The notes under the pieces were generated by a model. That model saw only the letters and a program-made list of their open reading frames with translations. It was not told the DNA's origin and did no database searches. The translations under genes were made by a program, and so were the position numbers. DNA of 64,000 nt from a virus (lineage: Duplodnaviria; Caudoviricetes). Positions 44,873 to 53,494 of the stretch are shown here, piece after piece (the stretch's first letter is position 1; the number at the start of each line of letters is the position of its first letter). The stretch covers positions 8,929-72,928 of the IMG/VR virus record IMGVR_UViG_3300045958_000007; one strand, given 5' to 3'.

Positions 44873-45145
44873 GTGAACCGTCGCGGATTTCTCGCCCTGC
44901 TCGCCGGCGCCGTCCTCGATCCCGAGCGGCTGCTTTGGCGGCCGGGAGCAAGGCTCATCTCCATCCCCGCCCCGGCCCCGGCGCCGGCGCGGATTCAGGT
45001 TTGCGAGATTCTTACGCCGGAGGTGATCTCCTCCGAAGTCCTCCGCATGATCCAGGCGCACCTGATCGACATGAGCCGGATCAACTTCCACTTCCACCGG
45101 GATGCGTTCGCGTTCGTCAGCGAGCCGCTCGGGGACCGCTGGTGA
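44873..45145 (+). CDS. Small protein with twin-arginine-like leader
   Basis: NRRGFLALLAGAVLDPERLLWRPG. Confidence 0.6.
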   Translation: MNRRGFLALLAGAVLDPERLLWRPGARLISIPAPAPAPARIQVCEILTPEVISSEVLRMIQAHLIDMSRINFHFHRDAFAFVSEPLGDRW

Positions 45146-45329
45146 CCCGCGGGGAGCAAGGGCTGGCTCCTCTGGCTCGTCGTCTTATGCGGCTGGTTGG
45201 TGCTCTCGATCGCGTTCGGCCTGTCTGACGGGCCAGTGACGGGCCTGATCGCGGCCGGCGTCGGGATCGTGCTGTGGGCGTTCATCTCGCTCATGGCCCA
45301 TTTCGGCTGAATTGCGATAATTCACTTAT

Positions 45330-45932
45330 ATGGGCTCCGACCTTTCCGCCCCGCTTCTGCAGGTAATCCGCAAGCTCCAGCAGACACCGACCAAGGGCGA
45401 GGCCTCCCGTATCAAGCGGCGTTTCGCCAATGCAACCGACGCGGTGGCGGTGGTGTGCGATGTATCGCCCTCGATGCTCGACACCATCGGGAGCTACGAC
45501 CTGCGCAAGTGGGACCAGCTCAGGATTGCGCTGGCGGACGTGTATCTCGGGTTTCCGGGCATCCATGTGATCGCCTTCGGGTCTTACGTTCGGAAGATTG
45601 CCGCGCTCGCCGAGCTGCCCGCGGGCGGCGCGCTCGGCGGCAGCACCAACATGGCGGCGGCGATCCAGGCGGCGGCGGAACTGAAGCCGCGGAAAACCAT
45701 CATCATTTCGGACGGCCTGCCGGATTCGACGACGCTCGCGCAACAGGAGGCCGAGGCCATGACGGGCGCGATCAGCGCCATCTACTGCGGGCCCGAGGGA
45801 CATCCCGGCGCCGAATTCTTGTACGGCCTGGCGCGGATGTCCGGAGGCCGCGGCGTGGTGTGGGAAGGACGCGAGGCCTTGACGGGCGTGGTGCGCAACC
45901 TCCTGGCGGCGCCGGCCGCCGCGCAGCAGTAG
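45330..45932 (+). CDS. von Willebrand factor A domain protein
   Basis: MIDAS DVSPSM, GGSTNM and IIISDGLPD motifs. Confidence 0.85.
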   Translation: MGSDLSAPLLQVIRKLQQTPTKGEASRIKRRFANATDAVAVVCDVSPSMLDTIGSYDLRKWDQLRIALADVYLGFPGIHVIAFGSYVRKIAALAELPAGGALGGSTNMAAAIQAAAELKPRKTIIISDGLPDSTTLAQQEAEAMTGAISAIYCGPEGHPGAEFLYGLARMSGGRGVVWEGREALTGVVRNLLAAPAAAQQ

Positions 45933-45937
45933 GGGAA

Positions 45938-46510
45938 ATGGATCTCGGGCTCAAAGCACTCGACGACGACCAACTGATCGAGCTGCTCGGCCAATGCTGC
46001 AACGAGCTGGCCGAGCGCGATCCCGTGGTGCGCGACCTGGCGCAGAGCGCCATCTTCGGTGAGGCCGAAAAGCTGCGGCTCATGAAGGAGAGCGCCAAGG
46101 AGGCCGTCGAGGAGGCGCGGAGCGAGTACATCGAGGATCTCCATCGCGAGGTCGGCGCCGAGGTGCGGCGGGCGGTCCAGGCCGGCGAAATCCGGCTACT
46201 GAGCCCGGCCGAGGAATCGCGCGAGGTGGCGATCGGCGACCTGGAGACGCGGGTGAAGTTGCTCGACGAGGAGATTTCGACCCTGGAGGACGAGGACGAC
46301 CCCGAGGCGCTCTTTCGCCTGCGGTATGCCAACGGGTATCTGGAGGCCGATGTGCGGCTGGGCGGCTTTGAGCAGCGCCGCTACCGGGTCGAACTGAGCG
46401 AGAGCCAAATGTCGGTGTTCGCCGGGAGCATCCTGCAGGGTCTCAAGCGGCGACCGGCTGACGGCGCAACTCGTCCAATCTTTCGGCCAGGGCTTGTCGC
46501 GCCTTGGTAG
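45938..46510 (+). CDS. Acidic helical hypothetical protein
   Basis: Start MDLGLKAL just after the vWA stop. Confidence 0.6.
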   Translation: MDLGLKALDDDQLIELLGQCCNELAERDPVVRDLAQSAIFGEAEKLRLMKESAKEAVEEARSEYIEDLHREVGAEVRRAVQAGEIRLLSPAEESREVAIGDLETRVKLLDEEISTLEDEDDPEALFRLRYANGYLEADVRLGGFEQRRYRVELSESQMSVFAGSILQGLKRRPADGATRPIFRPGLVAPW

Positions 46511-47099
46511 CGAGCGCCAGCCGCCGGCTTGGCCTGGGTTTCCGCTCGATGCCCTGTGTGAAGCCGAAGAGCACAGAGTAGCGCGTCCTCCATGTGTCGA
46601 TTAGGGGGTCATAGGCCTGGATGACGCGCACCGATAGATTCGCACCGGTGCAGCGGGAAGCGCCGTCATGGCTAAGTGCCGCTGGCAAATCCAGCTCGCC
46701 GGTGACCAGTTTGGAGCCGAATTTCCACCCTTTCGTGATGCGCGGCAGGAAGTGTTGCCGCACCATCGGGCCGAGGCGCCGCCAGGTGAAGCTCAGGATG
46801 CCGTCGGAGGGGTCCGAATCCACGTCCACGCAGAAATTGTGGAGCGCCACCATCTCGAAAGACGTGCTCCCCATGATCTCCGGGAACGATGGCGGGGTGT
46901 TCTCCCACGGGGCGAAGTCGACGCGGAAAGGCCGAGGGATGCGGACGTGGGCGAAGGACGAAAAGGGGGATCCCGGGGCCGCGCCGGTGATAAAGCCCCG
47001 CTCGACCACGATCATCGCCCCGTAGTTCGCGAGCTCGTCGCCGAGTACGCGGCAGAATTCGTGCGCGATGGTCTGGGGGGTGAGACGGGCGGCCGGCAT
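46443..47099 (-). CDS. Hypothetical protein
   Basis: Coding-like composition; ends the leftward early operon. Confidence 0.6.
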   Translation of the reverse strand: MPAARLTPQTIAHEFCRVLGDELANYGAMIVVERGFITGAAPGSPFSSFAHVRIPRPFRVDFAPWENTPPSFPEIMGSTSFEMVALHNFCVDVDSDPSDGILSFTWRRLGPMVRQHFLPRITKGWKFGSKLVTGELDLPAALSHDGASRCTGANLSVRVIQAYDPLIDTWRTRYSVLFGFTQGIERKPRPSRRLALATKARQALAERLDELRRQPVAA

Positions 47100-47286
47100 T
47101 CCTGGGGTTCGTTCGCCTCGGGAGCTGCAAGCATTCGCGTTTATCTCCCGCGGCCAGCTAACAGGTTAGCAGCCAGTGTTTGCGCTCGCCGGGGTGCTCG
47201 GGGCAGGGGGTGGGGTTGGGCTCGCCGCCGGAGTTTGCCGCCGTGACGGCAGAAGGTATCGAAGTCGGGGACGGCGGGGCGGTTGG

Positions 47287-47589
47287 TCATTTGCTCTCCT
47301 CGGCCTTCGTTCTTGCGGCGAACGCCGCCCCGCCCAGCTTCGCGATCGCCCGCCGGCGCCGCGGCGAGACCTTCATGCGCGCGCCCTGGCGCAGGTTCGG
47401 GTCGGCTCGCCAGCACCCGCAGGAAACGGTATTGCCCGCGATCAGGTTCTTGCTCGATACCAGCTTGGCGTTGCCGCACTCACAGGAGCACGGCCAGCAG
47501 GCGCGGCCGTTGCGGATGACCGGCTCGGCGTGTCTTGAGATGGTGAGGCGGCCGAAGGTTCGGCCGCGCAGGTCGGTAACGGCTCCCAT
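47287..47589 (-). CDS. Stand-alone Cys-rich domain of the type found at the N-terminus of AP2/HNH endonucleases
   Basis: DLRGRTFGRLT...WPCSCECG...NLIAGNTVSCGC. Confidence 0.75.
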   Translation of the reverse strand: MGAVTDLRGRTFGRLTISRHAEPVIRNGRACWPCSCECGNAKLVSSKNLIAGNTVSCGCWRADPNLRQGARMKVSPRRRRAIAKLGGAAFAARTKAEESK

Positions 47590-47592
47590 GCC

Positions 47593-47754
47593 TTATCGCT
47601 CGATTCCCGCCGCACGCAGAGTGCGGTGCGCGTCGGCCACCTGTCTGGCAGTGGGCGGATAGCAGTCGATGGGCCGCGCGTCCTGCGCGAGCTCGGCGGC
47701 GTCCAGGATTTCCTGCGCCTCGTAGATCTCTTGGTCCGTTGGCTTGGGCTGCAT
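47593..47754 (-). CDS. Small hypothetical protein
   Basis: MQPKPTDQEIYEAQ; AAAGGA ribosome-binding site. Confidence 0.5.
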   Translation of the reverse strand: MQPKPTDQEIYEAQEILDAAELAQDARPIDCYPPTARQVADAHRTLRAAGIER

Positions 47755-47832
47755 GCTTGTCCTTTCCCCGGCGTTCCGTAGCCGGGCCCGGTGACCAACC
47801 GGACGCCCCGCAACCACGCGGAGACCACGCGG

Positions 47833-48063
47833 TTACCTGCGGGGCTTGGACTTGGGTTTGCGCGCCGCGGCTTTGGCGGCCTGCTCTTCCTGGTGCTGGC
47901 GGCGGACCGCCAGCCACATGATTTGGTCGTAGCTGGCGGTGTAGCGCGTCCTGGTGCCCTTCGGACGGATCTCCAGGTGCCGAGGGTGCAGGGAGACGAT
48001 CAGAGCCCGTCCACGGTCAAATACGGCCGATTCGCGGGTCACGGGTTTGTCGAGGCGGGTCAT
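47833..48063 (-). CDS. Small basic hypothetical protein
   Basis: ATGA coupling. Confidence 0.6.
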   Translation of the reverse strand: MTRLDKPVTRESAVFDRGRALIVSLHPRHLEIRPKGTRTRYTASYDQIMWLAVRRQHQEEQAAKAAARKPKSKPRR

Positions 48064-48266
48064 AGCTCACCTCCCGAGAGAATACAGAACTCCTCGGCGA
48101 ACTCGCGCGCCTTTTCCGTGGCGTCATCCGTCACGGCAACCTCGTACCGCCAGCCCGAGGGGCTTGCGATCACCTCCAGGTTGACGTACTCGCCGCGTAC
48201 CTGAGCCTCCGGGTGCTTCTCGGCGATGGATTGCAGGGCTGCTATGACTTCGGCGATGGGCATCAT
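48060..48266 (-). CDS. Small hypothetical protein
   Basis: Coupled to neighbours. Confidence 0.6.
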   Translation of the reverse strand: MMPIAEVIAALQSIAEKHPEAQVRGEYVNLEVIASPSGWRYEVAVTDDATEKAREFAEEFCILSGGEL

Positions 48267-48376
48267 TCCCGGCCCTCCTCTCGCGCCGCCGGGCGCGCTC
48301 CGACCTGCCGAAGCTCATCGGGAGTCAGGGGCGCGGCGCGGCGAGCGATCAGCCGCGCCTGCTCGATCAGGTCCAT
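48263..48376 (-). CDS. 37 aa hypothetical protein
   Basis: MDLIEQARL after duplicated GAGAGGAG site; ATGA overlap. Confidence 0.45.
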   Translation of the reverse strand: MDLIEQARLIARRAAPLTPDELRQVGARPAAREEGRE

Positions 48377-48397
48377 CGTCTCATCTCCTCTCGTGAG

Positions 48398-48829
48398 CTA
48401 TCGGTCAAATGGTCTGCGTCCAAGTTCGTCCAGCCCGAGTTGCCGCGCCTCGGCGGCGATGGAGCGCGAAATCGGCGTGCAGTTGTCATACTGCACGGTA
48501 AAGACCTCGCTCCCGCTGTAGCTGGTGACGCGCGGATTGCGATTCAGGTGCCGCTGGACCATCTCGCTGGCCTTAACTTCGATTTCCATCGTCATCGTCT
48601 CATCTCCTCTCGTTGGGCTACCGGGGTTCATGTGGCCTCCAGTGACCGTTCCGACCCCCTCGATTTCTCTCGTCGCGCCGATGCGGCACCGCGCCGCAGC
48701 GAACACATCCTCTATTGGCCGATCCACGAGGGAGGAGAATCCAGGCGAGCGCAGGCGGTAGAGCGGCTGCGGTTTGCCGCCCTCCGCCCCCAGCCCGCAA
48801 TACGCACAGTTGAGCCGGTCCAGTGTCAT
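48398..48829 (-). CDS. Hypothetical protein with possible internal start at 48595
   Basis: MTLDRLNCAYC; internal AGAGGAG-N-ATG. Confidence 0.5.
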   Translation of the reverse strand: MTLDRLNCAYCGLGAEGGKPQPLYRLRSPGFSSLVDRPIEDVFAAARCRIGATREIEGVGTVTGGHMNPGSPTRGDETMTMEIEVKASEMVQRHLNRNPRVTSYSGSEVFTVQYDNCTPISRSIAAEARQLGLDELGRRPFDR

Positions 48830-49038
48830 TGGTCGGCCTCCTGGTCCAGCGGCTCCTCCCCCTCGCAATCGTCGCCCTCGTCGTAAATGTACTCGGCCTG
48901 AATCCCGCAGGCCTCCAGCACGTCGCGCAGGTCGGAGCCGCTCAACATGCCGGGATACTCGAATCGGAACGTCTGCCCGTTGACCGCGACCGTAACCTCA
49001 TCGTCGGTGGAGCAGATGCGGACGCCGGTGTTCGCCAT
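48826..49038 (-). CDS. Small acidic hypothetical protein
   Basis: Coupled to neighbours. Confidence 0.6.
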   Translation of the reverse strand: MANTGVRICSTDDEVTVAVNGQTFRFEYPGMLSGSDLRDVLEACGIQAEYIYDEGDDCEGEEPLDQEADQ

Positions 49039-49281
49039 CTACTTGCCCTCCAGTTCCGTCTCGACCGCTGCCGCCAATTCGGCGTTCCGGGCGCGCACGT
49101 AGTTGTAATCATTGGTCCCGTCGTTAGGGCGCTCCAGCCAAGTCCGCACGCGATCCGTGCCCGGCTCGTGGTAGACCACGATATCGGCACTCGGATCAAT
49201 TGCTGCGATGGCTTTCTCGGCGCGCTCGCGAGCGGCACTTTTCAGCTCGCGACCTTCCCAGACTCTGATGAAGTAACTCAC
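49039..49281 (-). CDS. Hypothetical protein
   Basis: AAGGAG ribosome-binding site and GTG start. Confidence 0.65.
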   Translation of the reverse strand: MSYFIRVWEGRELKSAARERAEKAIAAIDPSADIVVYHEPGTDRVRTWLERPNDGTNDYNYVRARNAELAAAVETELEGK

Positions 49282-49319
49282 GTTTTCTCCTTCGCCGCGT
49301 TGGTTGCGCGGCTGAGGAG

Positions 49320-49349
49320 ATTATGCGCTCACGGCCTCATTGAAGTCAA
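49320..49349 (-). promoter_or_regulatory. Putative sigma70 promoter
   Basis: TTGACT-N18-CATAAT on the minus strand. Confidence 0.55.
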
Positions 49350-49465
49350 CAGAAGATCGCGGGAATCGTCAGGAATCGTCAGATCCCGCTCCACCACGTA
49401 GAAGTATTTCGCGTCCGGGGGCGGCCCTTCGGAGGCGTACTCGATCTTGGTGGCCTTCGAGCCGG

Positions 49466-49720
49466 TCATCTCCATAGCGAGCTGGCCCGCTCGCAGGTCG
49501 GGAATCCCAAACTCCTGGCCTGGCGCGCGCGCCGCTCCGCGTTTGCGGCACAACGCTGGCGGAATTCCTCGGCCCCGATCTCGCGGCGCACCACATAGCG
49601 GATGCCAGCGATCAGAATCACCTCGTTGGGCTCGAGGCGCTTGCTCGCCGCGATCGTGCAGCCGGCCGGAGCGAGGCCGTGCTCCTGCATGATCTCGCGG
49701 AGGCGTTGCTCTGGGCTCAT
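49466..49720 (-). CDS. Hypothetical protein
   Basis: MSPEQRLREIM start. Confidence 0.4.
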   Translation of the reverse strand: MSPEQRLREIMQEHGLAPAGCTIAASKRLEPNEVILIAGIRYVVRREIGAEEFRQRCAANAERRARQARSLGFPTCERASSLWR

Positions 49721-49994
49721 GCTTTCATCATGGCTCACCGCCCCCCTCGCCCCGAAAAAACCGGACGGCGCCGGCGGACGGAGCGTGTTTTTTTCGCGCC
49801 GCGGCACCTGTCCACGAATTCCCGTGCAGAGTCGTGGTTATCTCTGCCCTTACGAGTGTTTTCAGTGATTTAGCCCTGGGCATGGGCAAAAAACATATGT
49901 TTTCCGCCTACTCATTCCGGGCCGCGTAACTCCTTTCGTTGCGTGTCCGCCATGTCCGGTTACCGAGAGGTTTTTTGCCCACCCCATAGACGCG

Positions 49995-50030
49995 AAAAGG
50001 CCCGCCACCGCGCGGGGGCGATGGCGGGCC
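49995..50030 (-). terminator. Intrinsic terminator
   Basis: GGCCCGCCA/TGGCGGGCC stem followed by TTTT. Confidence 0.7.
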
Positions 50031-50063
50031 AAGCAGCGGAAACGTCGAATACGCTTCCCTATC

Positions 50064-50237
50064 TTACCGGGTCAGCAGAAGGATCGTCAGCAGCTCGCCG
50101 GCGAGCGCCGCGGCCAGCAGCCACCAGAAGCGCCGCCGCCAGCGCACGGTATCGCGGTAGGGCGAGAGGCCGCCGTGGTCGCGGAGGAACTGGCGGAACT
50201 TGATCTCGGTTCGCCAGTCGTCCATAACCTCACTCAT
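50064..50237 (-). CDS. Small protein with C-terminal transmembrane helix
   Basis: RFWWLLAAALAGELLTILLL. Confidence 0.5.
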   Translation of the reverse strand: MSEVMDDWRTEIKFRQFLRDHGGLSPYRDTVRWRRRFWWLLAAALAGELLTILLLTR

Positions 50238-50348
50238 GAGTTGCGGCCCCCTCAATCCGCTCGAGCGCCGCGTCGGGGTGCCATTTACCCGCAGCGTCCT
50301 CCCACCCAACCGTGAACAGACGCGGTTCGGTCTGCTGATATACCCAGG

Positions 50349-50456
50349 TCATAGCCTACCCTCCAGCATAAAGGCCAGCGCGAGAAAGAAGAGGATCAGG
50401 AGAAAGCCGCCGATCCCTTCCCGCAGGGCTTGGATATCGTCCTTGCGGAGCATCAT
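50349..50456 (-). CDS. 35 aa membrane peptide
   Basis: GIGGFLLILFFLALAFML; GGAGG upstream. Confidence 0.4.
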   Translation of the reverse strand: MMLRKDDIQALREGIGGFLLILFFLALAFMLEGRL

Positions 50457-50457
50457 C

Positions 50458-50676
50458 TTATGCCACCTCCTGAAAGTCAGCCGCGGCCGTTGCCGCCGGC
50501 ACCATGTAGACCACGCGGGCCCGGCGCACCTGCCAGACGCGCACCTCCAGGCCCGTCGCCCGGGCCGTCTCTTCGGCCACGCCCTGCGCGCGGTCGAGGT
50601 GCTTCTCAAACCCCACCGCGGCGGGCGCGCCGTTCGGGTGGATGACGTGGATGGAAAAACCGGAGGGCCTGCGCAT
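50458..50676 (-). CDS. Hypothetical protein
   Basis: GAGGAGG ribosome-binding site. Confidence 0.55.
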   Translation of the reverse strand: MRRPSGFSIHVIHPNGAPAAVGFEKHLDRAQGVAEETARATGLEVRVWQVRRARVVYMVPAATAAADFQEVA

Positions 50677-50678
50677 GG

Positions 50679-51056
50679 TCAGTCCTCCTCCGGCAGCATG
50701 ATCGTGATTACGGGCTCGCCGTCGTCGCCGGGCCCGCAGACCGCCTTGAGCGTGACGAGACGGCGCTGCCGCTCCTTCATGATGAAGCAGACGCGGTAGA
50801 GGATTTCGGTACCGCCGCGCCGCATCTCCACGCGGAGCATCCAGAGCACATCCCACAGCCGCCCAGCCTCCGACTGGCCGAGGCGAACGCTGCGCGGGTC
50901 GGGCGTTACGTACCCATCCCAGACCGTGCGGGTGATGGCGACGGGGAAGCGGATACCCGCCTCCCGTGCCGTTTCGCTGACGTCGACCAGCGTGCCGTCA
51001 GCGAGGGCATCGGCCCGCGTATAGGCGTAGATGACTTCGCCAAAGAGGTTGTCCAT
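50679..51056 (-). CDS. DUF6573-like conserved phage/plasmid protein
   Basis: VIYAYTRADALADGTLVDVS...AGIRFPVAIT...RLWDVLWM. Confidence 0.75.
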   Translation of the reverse strand: MDNLFGEVIYAYTRADALADGTLVDVSETAREAGIRFPVAITRTVWDGYVTPDPRSVRLGQSEAGRLWDVLWMLRVEMRRGGTEILYRVCFIMKERQRRLVTLKAVCGPGDDGEPVITIMLPEED

Positions 51057-51058
51057 GG

Positions 51059-51832
51059 CTACTTCACCTCCACATAGGTTCCGCCGGCCAACTCCGCGCC
51101 GGGGATCTCGGTGCCCGCCTTGAGGTCCGCCTTCGCCCGCGTCTTGTCCACTTCCGCGCGCGGCGACTTCACCGCGTCGAGCACCTGCGCCCGGACGTCC
51201 AGGTCCAGAGAATCGACCATCAATTCCCACGTCTCCGCCGGAAGCGTTACGGTCACCCGCTTGTACTTGGCCGGGATCGCCGCCTCGTCTGTCACGTTGA
51301 GGCTCTTGTCGCATCCGTGCAGCCCGAGCGTGAGAGTGCGTCCCTCCAGCTTCTTGCGCTTGCCCTTGGGGTCGGTGCCGAGGGTCTCGATGATCCGGGT
51401 GATGTAGCCGTCCAGCCGGTCGAGGGCGCGCTCGTAGAGTTCCTGGCGCTCGGTGAGCCGCTGCCGCTCGGATTTGGCGACGGCGATTTGGGAAACCAGA
51501 TGCAGCCGGAACTGGCCCACGCGATCGCGTTTCTCAACCACCTGAGTCAGCGTCTCCCGCAGTTCGATCTCGTACTGCTGCTCCATCTCGGCGGAGACCG
51601 CCTCCTCGGTGTCGAGGAGGGCGGCCAAGTGCATTTCGAGGTCGTACAGCGTCCGCGCCACGGGCGGCGCCGGGGGCTCCGCGGCGGCAAGGCGGGTGGT
51701 CGATCCGCCCGCCTCCTTCACCTTCTGCTCGAAGCTCTGGGCGTCCGTCTCGGTCTCGAAGCGGTACACCTGATGGTCCGGGGTCTCGATCACCACCGGC
51801 CCGTGCGGCACTACAGCGAGTGGGGTAGCCAT
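51059..51832 (-). CDS. Siphovirus Gp157-family protein
   Basis: TLYDLE...KRDRV...IPAKYKRV...VDKTRAKADLKAGTEIPGAEL. Confidence 0.8.
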   Translation of the reverse strand: MATPLAVVPHGPVVIETPDHQVYRFETETDAQSFEQKVKEAGGSTTRLAAAEPPAPPVARTLYDLEMHLAALLDTEEAVSAEMEQQYEIELRETLTQVVEKRDRVGQFRLHLVSQIAVAKSERQRLTERQELYERALDRLDGYITRIIETLGTDPKGKRKKLEGRTLTLGLHGCDKSLNVTDEAAIPAKYKRVTVTLPAETWELMVDSLDLDVRAQVLDAVKSPRAEVDKTRAKADLKAGTEIPGAELAGGTYVEVK

Positions 51833-51835
51833 GGT

Positions 51836-52945
51836 TTATGCCACCTCCTTGTTCGCGTTCGCAATCGCTTCCAGGTGGAAGTACAGGTCGGCCGCTTTCT
51901 CCGGGGCGCCGGGCGTCCGGTTGTCGATGGCGTTGCGGATGTCCTGGAAGTTCCGCCAGCCGTACCGCTCCAGCTCCGCCCGCCAGACGGACTCGCCGAC
52001 GCGCTCGCGCATCCCCTTGAACGCCTCCGCGAGGTCCAGCATGGTTTTCCACGGGCCTTTGCGCTGCAACGGTTGCCGCCCCTCGACCTTCTGCTTGGCG
52101 ACATACGCGGCGGCCGACGAGCCGGGCCGGTAGCCGCCGGTGTCGATCACCTCCTCGGGCGGGGTGAAGTCCTCCATGTCCTGGCTGAAGAACTCGCTCG
52201 CCGAGGTGGCGTTCTTGGTGCCGCTGATCTTCGCGCGCTTGAGCGCCATCTTGAGCACGGTATTGACGCAATCGAAGATATCGGGGTTGGGTTTGCGCCC
52301 GGTCTGCTGGCTGGTGATTTGCGGGTCGTCGAGGGCGAAGGTAGCGCCGCAGCCGCCCACCTTTCGCCAGCAGTACCACTCATCGCGGTCCTTCGATTTC
52401 CGGATGTTCTCCTTGTGGCAGGCCGGGCAGGTGCGCTCGGCCTGCCGCCAACGGTATTTCGACTCCCAGGACGTGCAGGAGCCCATGCCCTCGCCGATCA
52501 GGAAGTCCCCGCGGAACACCCGGCAGTGAATCTGGTAATAGAAAAACGGCTCGCCCGCGTGGCGCTCGCCGCTCCAGTCCTCCTCCTTTTCGAGGAATGC
52601 AAACTGCGGCGTCAGCCCGAACAGGTTGAGCAGCTTTTCGGCGCCGGGCTCGAAGAGCATGGGCCGGTCCGCGCCGGGGATCTTGCCGTAGTCCACGCCC
52701 TCCACCATCAGGCTGGTCATCGCATCCTGGATGGCCTTGCGCCGCACGAGGGCCTGCTGAATATCCATCACCGGCATGAACCGGCTTACCTCGCCGGCGC
52801 CGCCGGGGACCAACGCTCTGCTATCCTCGATGCTGTTGGAGTGGCTCGAGATGGTCCCGCTGTCTTGAGTCGCAACCGGGACGGGTGCGCTAACACCCGT
52901 CCCCGGCTCTTGGTATCTTCCGTTCGGCTTTCCAAATAAAGGCAT
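51836..52945 (-). CDS. Putative single-strand annealing/recombination protein
   Basis: LFEPGAEKLL and NTVLKMALKRA...SEFFSQDMED motifs; adjacent to Gp157. Confidence 0.6.
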   Translation of the reverse strand: MPLFGKPNGRYQEPGTGVSAPVPVATQDSGTISSHSNSIEDSRALVPGGAGEVSRFMPVMDIQQALVRRKAIQDAMTSLMVEGVDYGKIPGADRPMLFEPGAEKLLNLFGLTPQFAFLEKEEDWSGERHAGEPFFYYQIHCRVFRGDFLIGEGMGSCTSWESKYRWRQAERTCPACHKENIRKSKDRDEWYCWRKVGGCGATFALDDPQITSQQTGRKPNPDIFDCVNTVLKMALKRAKISGTKNATSASEFFSQDMEDFTPPEEVIDTGGYRPGSSAAAYVAKQKVEGRQPLQRKGPWKTMLDLAEAFKGMRERVGESVWRAELERYGWRNFQDIRNAIDNRTPGAPEKAADLYFHLEAIANANKEVA

Positions 52946-52959
52946 CTGCCTTTCTCCTT

Positions 52960-53145
52960 TCAAATGTGGGCTAACAGGTCGGCTACGAACTCCTCCGGCA
53001 CGTCCACGCCCTCGACCCGGTAGGCGGGATCCTGGAGGTACTCATCAAGCAGGTGTTCGGCCTGCGCGCGGGCTTGCTCGCGGGGGCATGCCCCGGCCGC
53101 CAGCAGCCCGGTCATGATGAGCGCGATTGCTTCCTCGCGGAACAT
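52960..53145 (-). CDS. Small hypothetical protein
   Basis: TAATG coupling. Confidence 0.55.
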   Translation of the reverse strand: MFREEAIALIMTGLLAAGACPREQARAQAEHLLDEYLQDPAYRVEGVDVPEEFVADLLAHI

Positions 53146-53378
53146 TAGAACGGACGCCCCTCCTCTCCTCCGGCCGCAATGGCGCGCTCGACCGCTTCCA
53201 AACCACCAGCCGCCTCGATCTCTTCGGCTAGTTCCTCGTCACTGACGCAGACGGCGTGAGTGGCTCCGGGCACCGTCGCCCCTACCTCGGGCTCCGGTTC
53301 CGGTTCCTGGGCTTCGTACTCGGCCTCGCCGTGGGTGGGGCCGTCATAGTAGTTGTCGTAGTAGTCTTCGCTGTACAT
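53145..53378 (-). CDS. Small acidic hypothetical protein, first gene of the leftward early operon
   Basis: MYSEDYYD after AAGGGA. Confidence 0.6.
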   Translation of the reverse strand: MYSEDYYDNYYDGPTHGEAEYEAQEPEPEPEVGATVPGATHAVCVSDEELAEEIEAAGGLEAVERAIAAGGEEGRPF

Positions 53379-53421
53379 TAGCGTCCCTTTCCCTTTCATC
53401 GGGGTCTTCTACTTAACCCTG

Positions 53422-53486
53422 ATGCTAACGTAGCAGCGGTGCCACAGTCAAGCGAAAACATGCTTACCCAGGAGCGGTGCTATAAT
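53422..53486. promoter_or_regulatory. Divergent promoter pair (switch-like region)
   Basis: Minus: TTGACT-N18-TAGCAT; plus: extended -10 TGCTATAAT at 53478-53486; AGCGGTGC occurs twice. Confidence 0.6.
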
Positions 53487-53494
53487 CCGCAATC

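Noticed and set aside
51317-52939. 540 aa minus-strand ORF overlapping Gp157 and annealing-protein genes
   Set aside because: Alternative-frame Arg/Leu/Gly-rich read-through of real genes; no recognisable motifs
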